From: Paraspadella gotoi
Lineage: Eukaryota; Animalia; Chaetognatha
Length of the DNA stretch: 64,000 bases
Assembly (NCBI GenBank): GCA_051294375.1
Contig: CM119263.1
Span: 16,346,532 to 16,410,531 of the forward strand
Reading direction: 5' to 3'
A program made the position numbers and the translations under genes. This document shows, piece after piece, positions 1 to 11,437 of the stretch. A model generated the notes under the pieces. It was given only the letters and a program-made list of their open reading frames with translations. It made no database searches and was not told the DNA's origin. Position 1 is the stretch's first letter, and every line of letters starts with the position of its first letter.

Positions 1-3000
1 CCAAAAGTCAAGATTGATGAAACGATGGCAGAGCCAGCCTCGAACTTTGATTCAATGGCTGCGACTGGCTCAACCTCTGACCCAATAGCAAAGATGGGCT
101 CGACGGCTGATGCAAAAGCAAAGACGGGCTCGATTTCGGACGCAATGGCGGATACTGGTAAAACCTCTGATGCAGCGGCAGAGCCCGTTTTAATCTCTGA
201 CTCCATTGCCGCGATAACAGAGACTGTCACTCCTAATGAGATGTCAGCGGAAGTCTTGACTGAGAGCTGTATTTCCGAAAAAGAGATTCTTAAGTCGGAA
301 AACGACGATAAATCCGAGGTGTCACTGTCAAATATCTTGTCTAAGATGGAAACTGATGAAGTCGCTGTGGTGATCTCGGCCGGACCCGATACTGCTGCGA
401 AGAATAATGATAAAGAAACGGTCAGCTCTGACGTTCTTGTCAATGGCGACGGCTCTGTCGGCGCATTGGTGCACGGTTTCGCCGATTCTATCGTCGACGA
501 TGCAATGATTGCCGCTAAAAAGGAAACGGACGAAGATCTCGCCGCTCGTGCTCGCTCGGCGCTCATTGACGTGGAATCAAAAGGCGAGTCGGTTGTCAAT
601 TTTTAATTGATTTCTGCTTGGAAACTTCGTTGAAAAGTGTACTGTATGGCAATGGGAAGACATGCCCGGGGTGTGAGGCGTATTTATTTTAATCAGCGTG
701 ACCGTGTGGGGATTTAACTCAAGCTGTCCAAGCTAATGGGATGAGCTGAGTTTCACCAAGCAATAGATACGGGAGGCAAATTTAGGATTCGCCACAAGTC
801 TTTTTATCTCGCCAGACGGCCCTAGGCCCATCTTGGGCGAATTTTGTTTTATTATTGCTTCTTAGTGACGTTGTCGTCGTCGTCGTCATACTTTTTTACA
901 ATTAGAAATTGTAAAAGTATATATTTTTAAAAAATAAATAATTTAGATATAGCTTTTTGTTATCAAGACGTTTTAAAATGGTAAGTTTCATATGGATACA
1001 AGTATTGTATAATGTATATGTATAATATACAAATTAATATATATATATAAACATTTTTTTAAATTATATTACTTTTTTTTCTCAGTCGCTGCTTCTTCTG
1101 ATTCGTCTAAAAACGAGTTGAACTCTGCAGCGGCTGGACTTCTCTCTCTCTCTCTCTCATTCTGTCTCTTTGTTTTTTATTAAAAAAAGTTATCAGGATC
1201 GAACTCGTGACGTTTATCGTTTCAGTCATGCGTGAATTGAATTTTGTTTACTTTGCGCTAATGAAGGCTTACATTGAAGCCAAAACATGTTCATTTTTCA
1301 TGCTAAATAAATTTGTTGTTCAAAATAAAAACAAACTATTCTCTTTTAGTTTATACTTTAAAATTTTGTATTTTTATTTATCTAAATTATTTTATTATTT
1401 TAATTAAATAAATTAAATTTCATTCAGTCAAATCATTTCGTTTTATTGATTCATTGCATTTTTTAAACGTTTTCCTATTAATCATTCCTTATCATCGCAT
1501 CTATAATTGGTTATCATCATAATTCATTCAATCGGGGTTTTTTTTCTGGATAAATATTGAGGGATGGATCATTGTAATTTTAAGATTTTTTCATTAATTT
1601 TTTTAGATAGTAAGTCTGTCTAGATCACTATACTTTTTAAAGATTTTTTTCCCCTTTTTTCCACTTAGATACCAAACCTCTAGTCATCCCTTTAGTCCGG
1701 ATCGACACGGTTTCCAGCCATTCTGATACGGAGTCGGAACCCGAAGAAATTGATCCCTTCAACGAGGAGGAGAAGCCGCCGACAAGGACCCGTTTTCATT
1801 TCGACGATATTTCCGACGATGACTCAAAGGACGACGATATCGACATAAAAGCTTTTGAAAAGGATTCGGAACCCAGAGAAAAGTTGAATGTTGCCATAGT
1901 TATGGCTAATTCTGCAGACGAATCGACCAATGGACCTCCTGAAGCCTCTGACGTGAGCCTTCATGAGAACGACGTCAATAGCGCGATTCTGGAAGGTGAC
2001 TCCTCCCCGATCGCCACACCAAATACCGTATCGAGAGTGTCTCACGGCGGCTCCGTCTACGGCGCATGCGCTCGGGCTCCCGGTTCCTTTGGCTCTCTCG
2101 ACGACGCAGATATAGGCATCGAGCATATTGGTGCCAAAGTCAATAACCTCGTCGACACTCCCAATAGCCTGGCCGACGAAGACGTGCCCTTTAAGCGCCG
2201 TGGTGGCGAATTGGAAGTTGGTGAACCAACGTCGCCTTTAAAGGTGGAGACGAAGCCTGTGATCTCCAATCCCATGTCGGGCGACGAGGGAAGCCCGCTC
2301 TCGAGCCCAGAATCACTCTCTCCCAACGCCCACGCCGCCCCCGGAGCTAGTCCGACTGTTGACCTGCCCCTCGCCGATGGCTCCCCTGGTTCCGGTATTT
2401 CGGGGTCGGATTGGGTGAGAAAAGACGGGGAGCAGAGTCCTGAAGTGGATCCCGAGTCTGGCTTCGCTGAATCTGACGCCCAATTGTCGTCTGCTCCGTC
2501 CGATCAACGCCATCGCGGTGGAGCGGGAGAATTGTCATCGGATTCAGATTCTTTGCTAACGACGTCTTTTTCTCCGATGGATGACTTTGATCCGTTTCCA
2601 ACTCAGACTACGGTAGGCCAGGGTTAAAGGGTTCAGTAAACTATCTAAATTACAACTTTTTTAAACTTTCCATATTGCACTTGCTACCTAGTAAGTTCAC
2701 TTATCGAGCGTGCTCGCTCAATCTTCATCCAGAGAAATTCAATTGTATACTAGGCTAAGACCGATCATCTCTGTAAAAACCCCTGCACGGAGCTAACATC
2801 CGACCTCTCCAGCTTAACCATCGCCGAGAACTCTCCGTTCCCGGCCAATGATGCGGCCGTAAAACTAATCGCGTCCTCCGACGCCTCCAAGGAGAGCTCG
2901 CCATTCGCTAATAACGGCTTTCCCGAAGCTAAAGTTTTCAACGAGATGGTTGGTGAAATTAGAGACGGGGTTATTATCATTGCTGGTGATTCGAGTTGGA

Positions 3001-4089
3001 AGGGAAGAAACGGGAAGAAAGAAAAATCCTCTTTGAGAGAAACTTAGCGGGAATATGACGACGTGAGCTAAAGGAGCTTAGAACGGAATTTAGATTTCGA
3101 CTCCTTATTTTTCAGGTTCAACAAAAGCTTTCGCCTCAAGAGATTGAGTCATCTGATTTGTCTCCTTTCGCCGCCGAATTCGCTCCCCTTTCTGGGGAAG
3201 TCAAACCGTTGTCTCCCGACGCTCCCACTTTCGTTCCGGTCGCCTCCAATGCTTCCGGTTCCGATGCCGACGCAGCCTCTTCCGCCGCAAAAGAAGAAGC
3301 GGCGAAGATTGTTGACTCTTGGGGTGAGCCATTGGGATTGCCCCCTGCAAAACCCGCCTCTGGCGCCAGGCCTAAAACCCCGGGACCAACGCCGGGATCG
3401 TCTACTACGGGCGCGCGACCCAAGGCACCCGCCGCCCGACCTGGAACGGCTTCTCGACGAGCACCTTCTCCGGCTTCGTCCGTCAACTCAGGACCCGCTT
3501 CGAAGCGAGGTTCGATGGTTTAATACATTTCAGGTCTCTAGTTGTAACACCTTTTAATATGAGTGGCGAATTATCATTATCTCCGCAGGCCCTGTGAAAA
3601 AGTGCGCACCCGGTGCCGCCAAAGAAAAGCCTGCTGCGCGCGTGATTCCGTTTTACTTCGACGTGGCGTATATTCCGCGCCAGGGCCGGCACGAGACCCT
3701 AGGAAATTTTTTCTCTCGTGTCAGGGCGAGGCACTATATTTTGAGTTCCATCGACCCTCCTGCCTCCACTTTGGACGCTCTCCTCGAAGCCAAGGTAAAA
3801 TATTAGCTCGCTTCGACCTGGCTCTAAATTTTGTGGATAGGTTTTATTCTAATAATTATTGTTAAAGGAGAAAGACTGGAAGCCCAGTAACGATTCGACC
3901 GATCCCCTTCCACCTACGGTGGTCGTTCCCACTCACGAGAGCGACACTCTTCGATCTTGGATCCCCGCCAACATCGCCGCCATGGAACGCCTACAAGTGG
4001 AAGTATCTACGCCCGCTGACAGGTGTACCTTGCATATGCAGGGCCACGACAAGACCAGCTGTCCATGCTTTGTCATTCAATGCAATTGA
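1..4089 (+). CDS. futsch: 3' part of a futsch/MAP1-family microtubule-associated protein gene (5'-truncated by the window); exons approx. <1-583, 1669-2611, 2754-2948, 3116-3509, 3589-3793, 3868-4089
   Basis: The exons join in phase. The C-terminus (DSWGEPLGLPP...PFYFDVAYIP...FFSRVRARHYILSS...LDALLEAK...W...VVVPTHESDTLRSW...STPADRCTLHMQ...SCPCFVIQ) matches the conserved MAP1/Futsch light-chain region. It is preceded by acidic S/P-rich low-complexity exons. AATAAA near 4885. Confidence 0.9.
655..800 (-). mobile_element. Internally deleted copy of the 55.8-56.1 kb SINE-like element
   Basis: Shared sequence blocks as listed for 55790-56082. Confidence 0.55.
1255..1292 (+). ncRNA. Degenerate hammerhead motif in a futsch intron
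   Basis: gcg CTAATGA a ggctt-acattg-aagcc AAAAC ATGT tc; same family as the 24010 copy with two core mutations. Confidence 0.45.
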
Positions 4090-5208
4090 TACTCAACGAG
4101 GAAGAGAGAACGAGACCATTTAGTACAGTAAGAACTGTGAAATATATAGGGATCGTAGCTAATTTACTCAATTTTTAACTCTCTCTCCATCCGGCGTTTT
4201 TTTTTCCTACTCACAAAGCAGTTTTATTTTTATTTATATATATAGCACGCCAATGCTTTTTCGTGTTTTTCTTTTGTGATAGTATTTTTTTAATGTATAC
4301 TTAAATTACTCTAGTGAGCTTTTGAAGCAAATTTATCGTTTTTATTATGATTAACCAATGGTTAATAACCATGTTTTGCTTGACTTCGGTTTTATGTTTT
4401 TCTTTTATGATTGTATCGTCTTCCTTTTGCAAGATGGATGCCGCTTTGAATCATGAGCTTCTTGCCTTTTTATTATTTTTTATATTCCATTCGAATTTTA
4501 ATTCTTATCTATAAAAAAAATTAGCCGCGACTTTGTTACCCAATCAAATTTGGATGTGTCGAAAAAAAAAAGAAGAAAGTGCGAAATTGTGATACTTTGT
4601 TGTGAATTTATTTCTTTATATAGCCGAACGCCGATTGCTTCACGAGAAAATAGATTTTTTTTGCTTTTAGTCTAACCGTTTTCTTGTATATTTTGTCATA
4701 GGTTTCTCTCTAGACAGCCAGATAAACAAGTCGCCTATTTTGTAACCAATTCAATATTGACGCTAAATAGCTTCTGCAAACGTACGATGTTGATTTCTTA
4801 AAAATATTTTTTGTTGTTAATTATCAACGCACCAAGAGTCGATTTAAGGTTTCATTACAGCTTACAACTTAAGAAACGTTACGCAATAAATAAATGAACG
4901 TCGTAAATTAATCCAACTATGAAATTTAACAATATGTTATACCGACGAAAAAAAAATTTTCTCACGGCTCTTGTAAATGTTAAAAAAGACGTCCCGCGTC
5001 GGAGGCGACGCTCCCCATTTAGCTCATAAAAATTCCTATAACTAATGTATATAGGGCTTATCCTTTTTATTATTCCTTACTTTAATAATAAATTTTAACT
5101 TTTTAAATAATTTTACATGTTTTATAAGTTTCACTAACAAGCTATCCGGGTGGTCGAGGCGATGTATTAATCATAAAACTATACACACATAATCGGAGGT
5201 AAACTGGG

Positions 5209-8200
5209 TCAAAACGGGAAGAGAAGTAGCGGTAGATGAAGGATAGTCACAGACAGAGCGAAAGTCCAGGGCTTTATAATTGGAGATTGTTCTGCGAGCT
5301 GGATCGCGGATCTCCAGCTTTTGGTTGGCTGTCCCCGGGTGAGCGATGGACTCCAATGAGCAGAGAAGAATTTCCAAGGAATCAAACAACATCGCTCAAA
5401 GTGGGACCACGGCGTTGCGGCCGAGCTGGCAGTGCTGGCCTCGAAGTGATTCGGATCTGCCGGATCTGACATTGGGAAGAGGGCAATGAAAAGTTTTTTT
5501 TCGGTAATTGTATAATTTATATTCGGTTTACAAAGAAAAGCTGCTCATTGCTTTATTAGTATAGTTTTCCTTGTAGTTTATTAAATTTTGCTTCAGTAAC
5601 TAGAGCATTTTTAACTTGTGGTAATTCAATTGCCAATTTCGTTAATCTAATTTTCACCCTTGGTCGTTTTTTATTTTTGAAGTACCGCTTTTATCGAATT
5701 TTGGAAACATACGAGAAGTCTTTATATTAAGCTGTGAGCAGCTCTTAACTCTTAAATATTTTTTGTGGTCACGATACGTCACAGACACTTGGCAAATCTA
5801 ACACCGTAACTGAGTTTCTATTACATTACGGTTTCTACTATTTTTAAAATGCGTAGATATAGAAAAAAATTCATTTCTGGCTAAATACGTATGTTTTCTT
5901 TTCAGTAAAATAGTCGCCAGAAAGATCGCCCGAAACTGTAATAAGTGGATTTGTAAAAGTTATAGTACAGGTGACTACGGATTAATGATTACTAAGGATT
6001 TTGTGCCCATTTTACTTTCCGAGACTTCAATCTTTTTTTTAAATATAAAAATTACAAACATACGCAAATAAATAGTGTGGTGAGAATTAAAGACTGATAA
6101 TGACAATCCTCATGCTCTGGGCCAGAGCATAGGGATTGTCATTATCAGTCTTTAAAAAGTCTGGCAAATACATTTCAAATGTGAAACTATTTTTAATCCT
6201 TTTTTAAATCCTTTTCTGGCATCGTTAATTTACAGAATTCTACGATTCGCCAACAACAATAAATAATCAAAAAAAAGTTTGCTTTCGAAACGACTTTATT
6301 ATAAAAAAATATTTAATTCAAGTATAATGGAAAAGAAGATTTTATTTTATTCTACTCCTAAGGTTAAGGGGAAAAAAACATATTAATCTACTCTGCGATT
6401 CTATTAGTATAATTCTACTTTAACTTTAAGGATTAAATCACTAGTGGTTACGAGTTGGTAAAAATATCTAGCATTGTTAATAACAAAGTCATTGGGGGTA
6501 CGTCAACATGTTGAAATTAAATCAGATTACTCACTTGATAGATAATGACGATCTGTAAATGGAGATTTATACTTGTTTAAGATAGGAGTATAAACCCATG
6601 AACTCTCGTACTTCTAATACGATGCATCCTAGCGACTTACCCACGACTGTGAAAAATTCGTAATTGGCGCTGAAGCCCGTTCCATCATAGATATGGTTTG
6701 AATAGAACGTCACTCTGGTTGGAAGGAGATAGGATATCGTTACGTAATAAATGAGGAAACTTCAAATGTTATTTTTACGTAAGGTTGGAACTTACCTAAA
6801 AAATGAGTTGTCGCTCTCCGCTCTTCTCGGCTTTGACGCACCGCAAAAAGGCATCATGGATCGGTCTCGCGTTCGAAAATTCGAAAATATCACGTAGTCC
6901 GAATCGGATTCTTGAGTACATCTGTCAAAAATTGTATGAATAAATCAAATATGGTAGTTTCCTTTCTTTCGTTGTTTTTCGAGATTAGATTACAAAGGCC
7001 TCTTTTTCCAGTATTGTTCAGTTATTATTAACAAAATTAATTTAATTTGTACCATAATATAAATTAGGCCAAAATACGGATTGGTTAAAACTATCTCCAG
7101 TTATTTTTAATCATATAAGAGTAATATTTTCGCAACTTTTAGGAGAAAAAAATCATGTCCATTTGCACTTTCTTTTCTTTTCAAATTTTAAATTTTAAAT
7201 TTCAAATTTAAATGTTAAAGAAAGTTGAGAAATTTTTTAAATTTTTTATCTTCTTCACCCTTGAGTAAATTTCTTTCCTTATGTCATTCATAGTTCACTT
7301 ATGAATTAATTTTAAAGTTGATAAGTAAAAAAGTCGCAGTTTTAGTTTTTATTATAATTTATAAAACAAAAAGTTTAAATTGACTTAAACTAACAGAAAA
7401 TATAGCTTTTAACACTTACAAATTTATCAAAAATACTTTTTTCGTTTAGTTATAAATAATTTTTAAAGATGATAGTTAATTTGTGACTTGCATTTATTAT
7501 TAATAAAGATAAGATTTTAAATTTATTTTATAGTTTTAACAGTTGAACATACTGACGTTAATAAAACAAAAAAAAACCGCATCCTTTTAAACCAATAGAA
7601 AGCGTCAGGATTTGTTTTTTTCTCAGAATCGATAGTTTTTAAAAATTTTTTTGCAAAATCTGCTTGGCAACCAAAATTAAAATAAAATCATGAGATACTG
7701 TAAATTTTTTTTCTTATAATGCATATTAAAGAATTTTTTTGATTTGGGTCAATGTCAATGCAGAAAATTAGTGGGAGGGAACAGGAAATGGAGAAAAAGC
7801 ATTGGCAAAGCGAGACCGTCCTAGGGTAACCGCGCCAGTGACTGGAGGCGTCACTGAGGGTCGGAAGCCCCCAAAGCCAACAGTGAGATGCCCCATCCCA
7901 ATGGGCATCACAGGCAACCCGGCTGTTGCCATAAAGTTCAGAAATCATTATCTAAAAGACTTTGATCGTACGTGGAGCCAAAGTATAGTTTTTGTTTCTG
8001 TTCTAACAAGGTTTATTTTATTTAATGTACATGTTTTGGTTTGGTTACAAACCTTCATCAGCGAATAAGTCAATTTTGAAATTTGAAATGGTGAGATTGT
8101 TAAAGAATTAAAAAAAAAAAACCCCTAATCCCTAACCAACCTTAACCAAATTGCAAACCGTTTAAAAAATAAAACACAAAAATTTTTTTTTTTTTGGTTT

Positions 8201-11200
8201 ATGTACAACAAATTTTATTAAGAAATATAAATTTCGAATATTTTTCGACTTCAATGTAAACCTTCATCAGCGCAAAAACGAATTGATTTGTAAAAAAATA
8301 TTTTCACAAACTTTGTGAAAAGTTTGAAGAGAAAGATTTTCTCACAACTTGGAGCAAAAATGGGCAGGTCTCCATGAAAGAGCCTAAAATTTTTTTCTTA
8401 GTTCAAGGAGATAAGGAACAATAATAATCCAGAGTACAGTAAAGAAATTCAAAAATTACATATGTATGACCTACCCTACTGACCACTATCCTTTCCCTCA
8501 ATTCTTTGTTGGCAACTTTTAACCTTGATATCTCTTTCTCTCTCTCTGTTCCTTTCTTTTACAATCTCACTGTTTCAAATTTCAAAATTGTCTTATGCGC
8601 TGATGAAGGTTTGTAACGTTAAATAAAATAAACCTTGTTAAAAAAATACTATTTTGTAATCTAAAATCAAATGTATAAAAAACACATATAATCGAGATTT
8701 CAGCACACAACCCCTCTGCTTACGTATCCATTCCCTCCACGTCGAAATAAGTGAAATTAAGTCTCAACTTCTGGTTTCTACCGCCAATGAAGTTGTAATT
8801 GCACACTGTGTTTCGCGGATAGAAACCGGGGTAGTTCGGACTGTGGATGGTCCCGTTGAGGGCGACGCTGCTATCGTAGTCGAAGGCACAATCTAAGAAA
8901 ATTAATAATTGCAATTATTATTATATTAAATTTGATCATCAAATAAAACATCAATTACCATTTTGAGTATTTTGTAGGCCCCGTGTAATTCCATAATCTG
9001 TCAAATTAAAAAATAAATAAAAAATAAATTCCCCGGTCTAATACTCTTGTGCTCTTTTCATTCAATTGAAACATTCTTTGAAATATTATACAGTCCTGTG
9101 CAAAAAAAAGAGGACACTCTTCAAACTTAAATTTTGTACGTTTTACCCACATATAAAAATTGATTAAATTTTATTTTCGCCGACCACGGTTTTGGTATCT
9201 TTTAAAAATTTTTTTAAAAATATTTATTTAAAAAAAATATCTAATTACCCTAATCCTAAACCCTTAACCCTAACCCCTCCTTAAGTTTAGGCGAAATCGC
9301 CATAACGAGAACGCTAGATGTAGTTCCAGCTAAATCGCCAATGGCGAGGGCGTCATGGCTAAGTCGCGATTTGGCGATTTCGCACTGAACTACATCTAGG
9401 TTCTAGTTATGGCGAATTCGCCTAAAATAAACTCAGATTAGGGTTAGGGTTGAGTTGTTTAGGGTTAGGGTTGAGTAGGTAGTAGTTAGGGTTAGGGTTG
9501 AGTAGTTTAGGGTTAGGGTTGAGTAGTTTAGGGTTAGGGTTGAGTTAAGTTAAGTTTATTTTAGGCTTATTATTAATGTCAATTTTAGGGATAGGGGTAG
9601 GGTGTTGTTGATGACCAAGAGCCCGCGTTAGGGTTAGGGTTGAGGCACGGAGATGTACGGGAGGCCTGGGCCCGGTTTAGGGTTAGGGTTGGGAGAGAGG
9701 CCCGTGGGTTATATATCGAAGGCAATTAGGGTTAGGGTTGAGGTACGGAGATGTACGGGAGGCCTGGCCCGGTTTAGGGTTAGGGTTGGGAGAGAGGCCC
9801 GTGGGTTATATATCAAGGCAATTAGGGTTAGGGTGAGGTACGGAGATGTACGGGAGGCCGGGCCTGGTTTAGGGTTAGGGAGAGGCATGGAGTTGAACGG
9901 GAGGCTTGGTTTAGGGTTAGGGTTGCGGGAGGGACCATGGTTGATGCATCGAAGGCGGTTAGGGTTAGGGTTGAGGCACGGAGATGTACGGGAGGCTGGG
10001 CCTGAGTTAGGGTTAGGGGAGAGGCATGGAGTTGAACGGGAGGCTTAGTTTAGGGTTAGGGTTGGGGGAGGGGCCCGTGGTTGATGCATCGAAGGCGGTT
10101 AGGGTTAGGGTTGAGGCACGGAGATGTCGGGAGGCTGAGCCTGGGTTAGGGTTAGGGGAGAGGCACAGAGTTGAACGGAAGGCTTGGTTTAGGGTTAGGG
10201 TTGGGGGAGGGCCCGTGGTTGATGCATCAAAGGCGGTTAGGGTTGAGGCATGGAGATGTACGGGAGGCCCAGGCCCGGGTTAGGGTTAGGGGAGAGGCAC
10301 AGAGTTGAACGAGAGGTTTGGTTTAGGGTTAGGGTTGGGAGAGGAGCCTGAAGGTGATGCTCATCCCCGTGTTAGCTGCGCTTTTCATTATATTCGCTAC
10401 TTTTATTACTGGCGAGGTCGCAGTGGGGGGACTGCGACATCGCCAAAGCCCTGGCGATATCGCCATGGCGAAGTCGCCAACCAACTAGAACCATTTTTAA
10501 AAATTTAAATTTCCTAAAAAAATTTTTAAGCATTTCTTATATATTGTTAAATATTAAAATGCTTCCATGCATGAGGAAAAAATTTAATTAGGAGTCGACG
10601 TCGTTTTAGAGATCGAGGAAGAATTTTTTCAATGGAGATTTTCGTTCAAATCTGACTTCAAAACAATATAAACGGTCCTGGGAAATTCCGATAAAACATT
10701 GATGTAAAAAGACTCGATTCAGATCCTGTTGCATCTGAAGGGCTCGCATTTTTTTCTCTTCATGATAACCATCATTTTGACATCAAACCATCAGATTTAA
10801 ATGGACTGGCCTGCTCAGGAAAAAATTTTCATCTCAATTTTTCTATATAAAATAAAGGGATTTCTAACTTCATTATAAATTAACGCATTAAGGCATGTTG
10901 TATTTTACAAACTTCGAATTCAGGAATCGATAGCCATATATGTCTGAAGGGCTCTCAAAATTTTTCTTTACATTTTATTTATATTTAATATGAAACGATC
11001 ATGGTAAAGTGAAATAGTCCATTTTGGTGAAATTTTATTTAAAGTAAAAGTAAAAGAGGAGCTTATGATCGGAATTCTAGAGTTTTCATCCGGGAGTCAG
11101 ATTCGGGAAAATTCTTCTATGGCGAAAATCTTCCAAAGAAGGGGTGGATTTTCCGAAGATTTTGGTTAATATTTTCTATATTTATGATCGGATTTTTTTG

Positions 11201-11400
11201 AAACTTAAAATAGCAATATTGCCATCATTCTACATTGGCCGGTAAAAGAATATATTAAAAAAACCTCTGGCTTTTTTCGTCAGAGCTTAGTCCTAATTTA
11301 ATCAAAATCTAACATCATAAGTCAATTTGGTTGTAAAAGGATGAAAAAATTTTATGGCAGACTTTTTCATATTGTAAAAAATGTTAAATTCTGGCCCGCC

Positions 11401-11437
<37 letters not shown>

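Noticed and set aside
2672-2695. miR-92-like start TATTGCACTTG in a futsch intron
   Set aside because: There is no complementary upstream arm and the 3' half does not match.
7802-8068. Similar ORFs at 7802 (+) and 28054 (-) suggesting a small protein family
   Set aside because: Both are translations of the same non-coding intronic repeat, and the similarity stops at the repeat edges.
9245-9450. CCCTAA-hairpin-TTAGGG layout resembling an integrated telomere-capped mini-chromosome
   Set aside because: The left CCCTAA tract and its upstream flank match 35810-35965, so it belongs to a separate dispersed repeat.
9620-10340. CRISPR-like repeat-spacer appearance and the GLGLG-rich ORFs
   Set aside because: The spacers recur and are related to each other, the repeat is telomeric TTAGGG, there are no cas genes and the context is eukaryotic. 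The ORFs are translations of the satellite.
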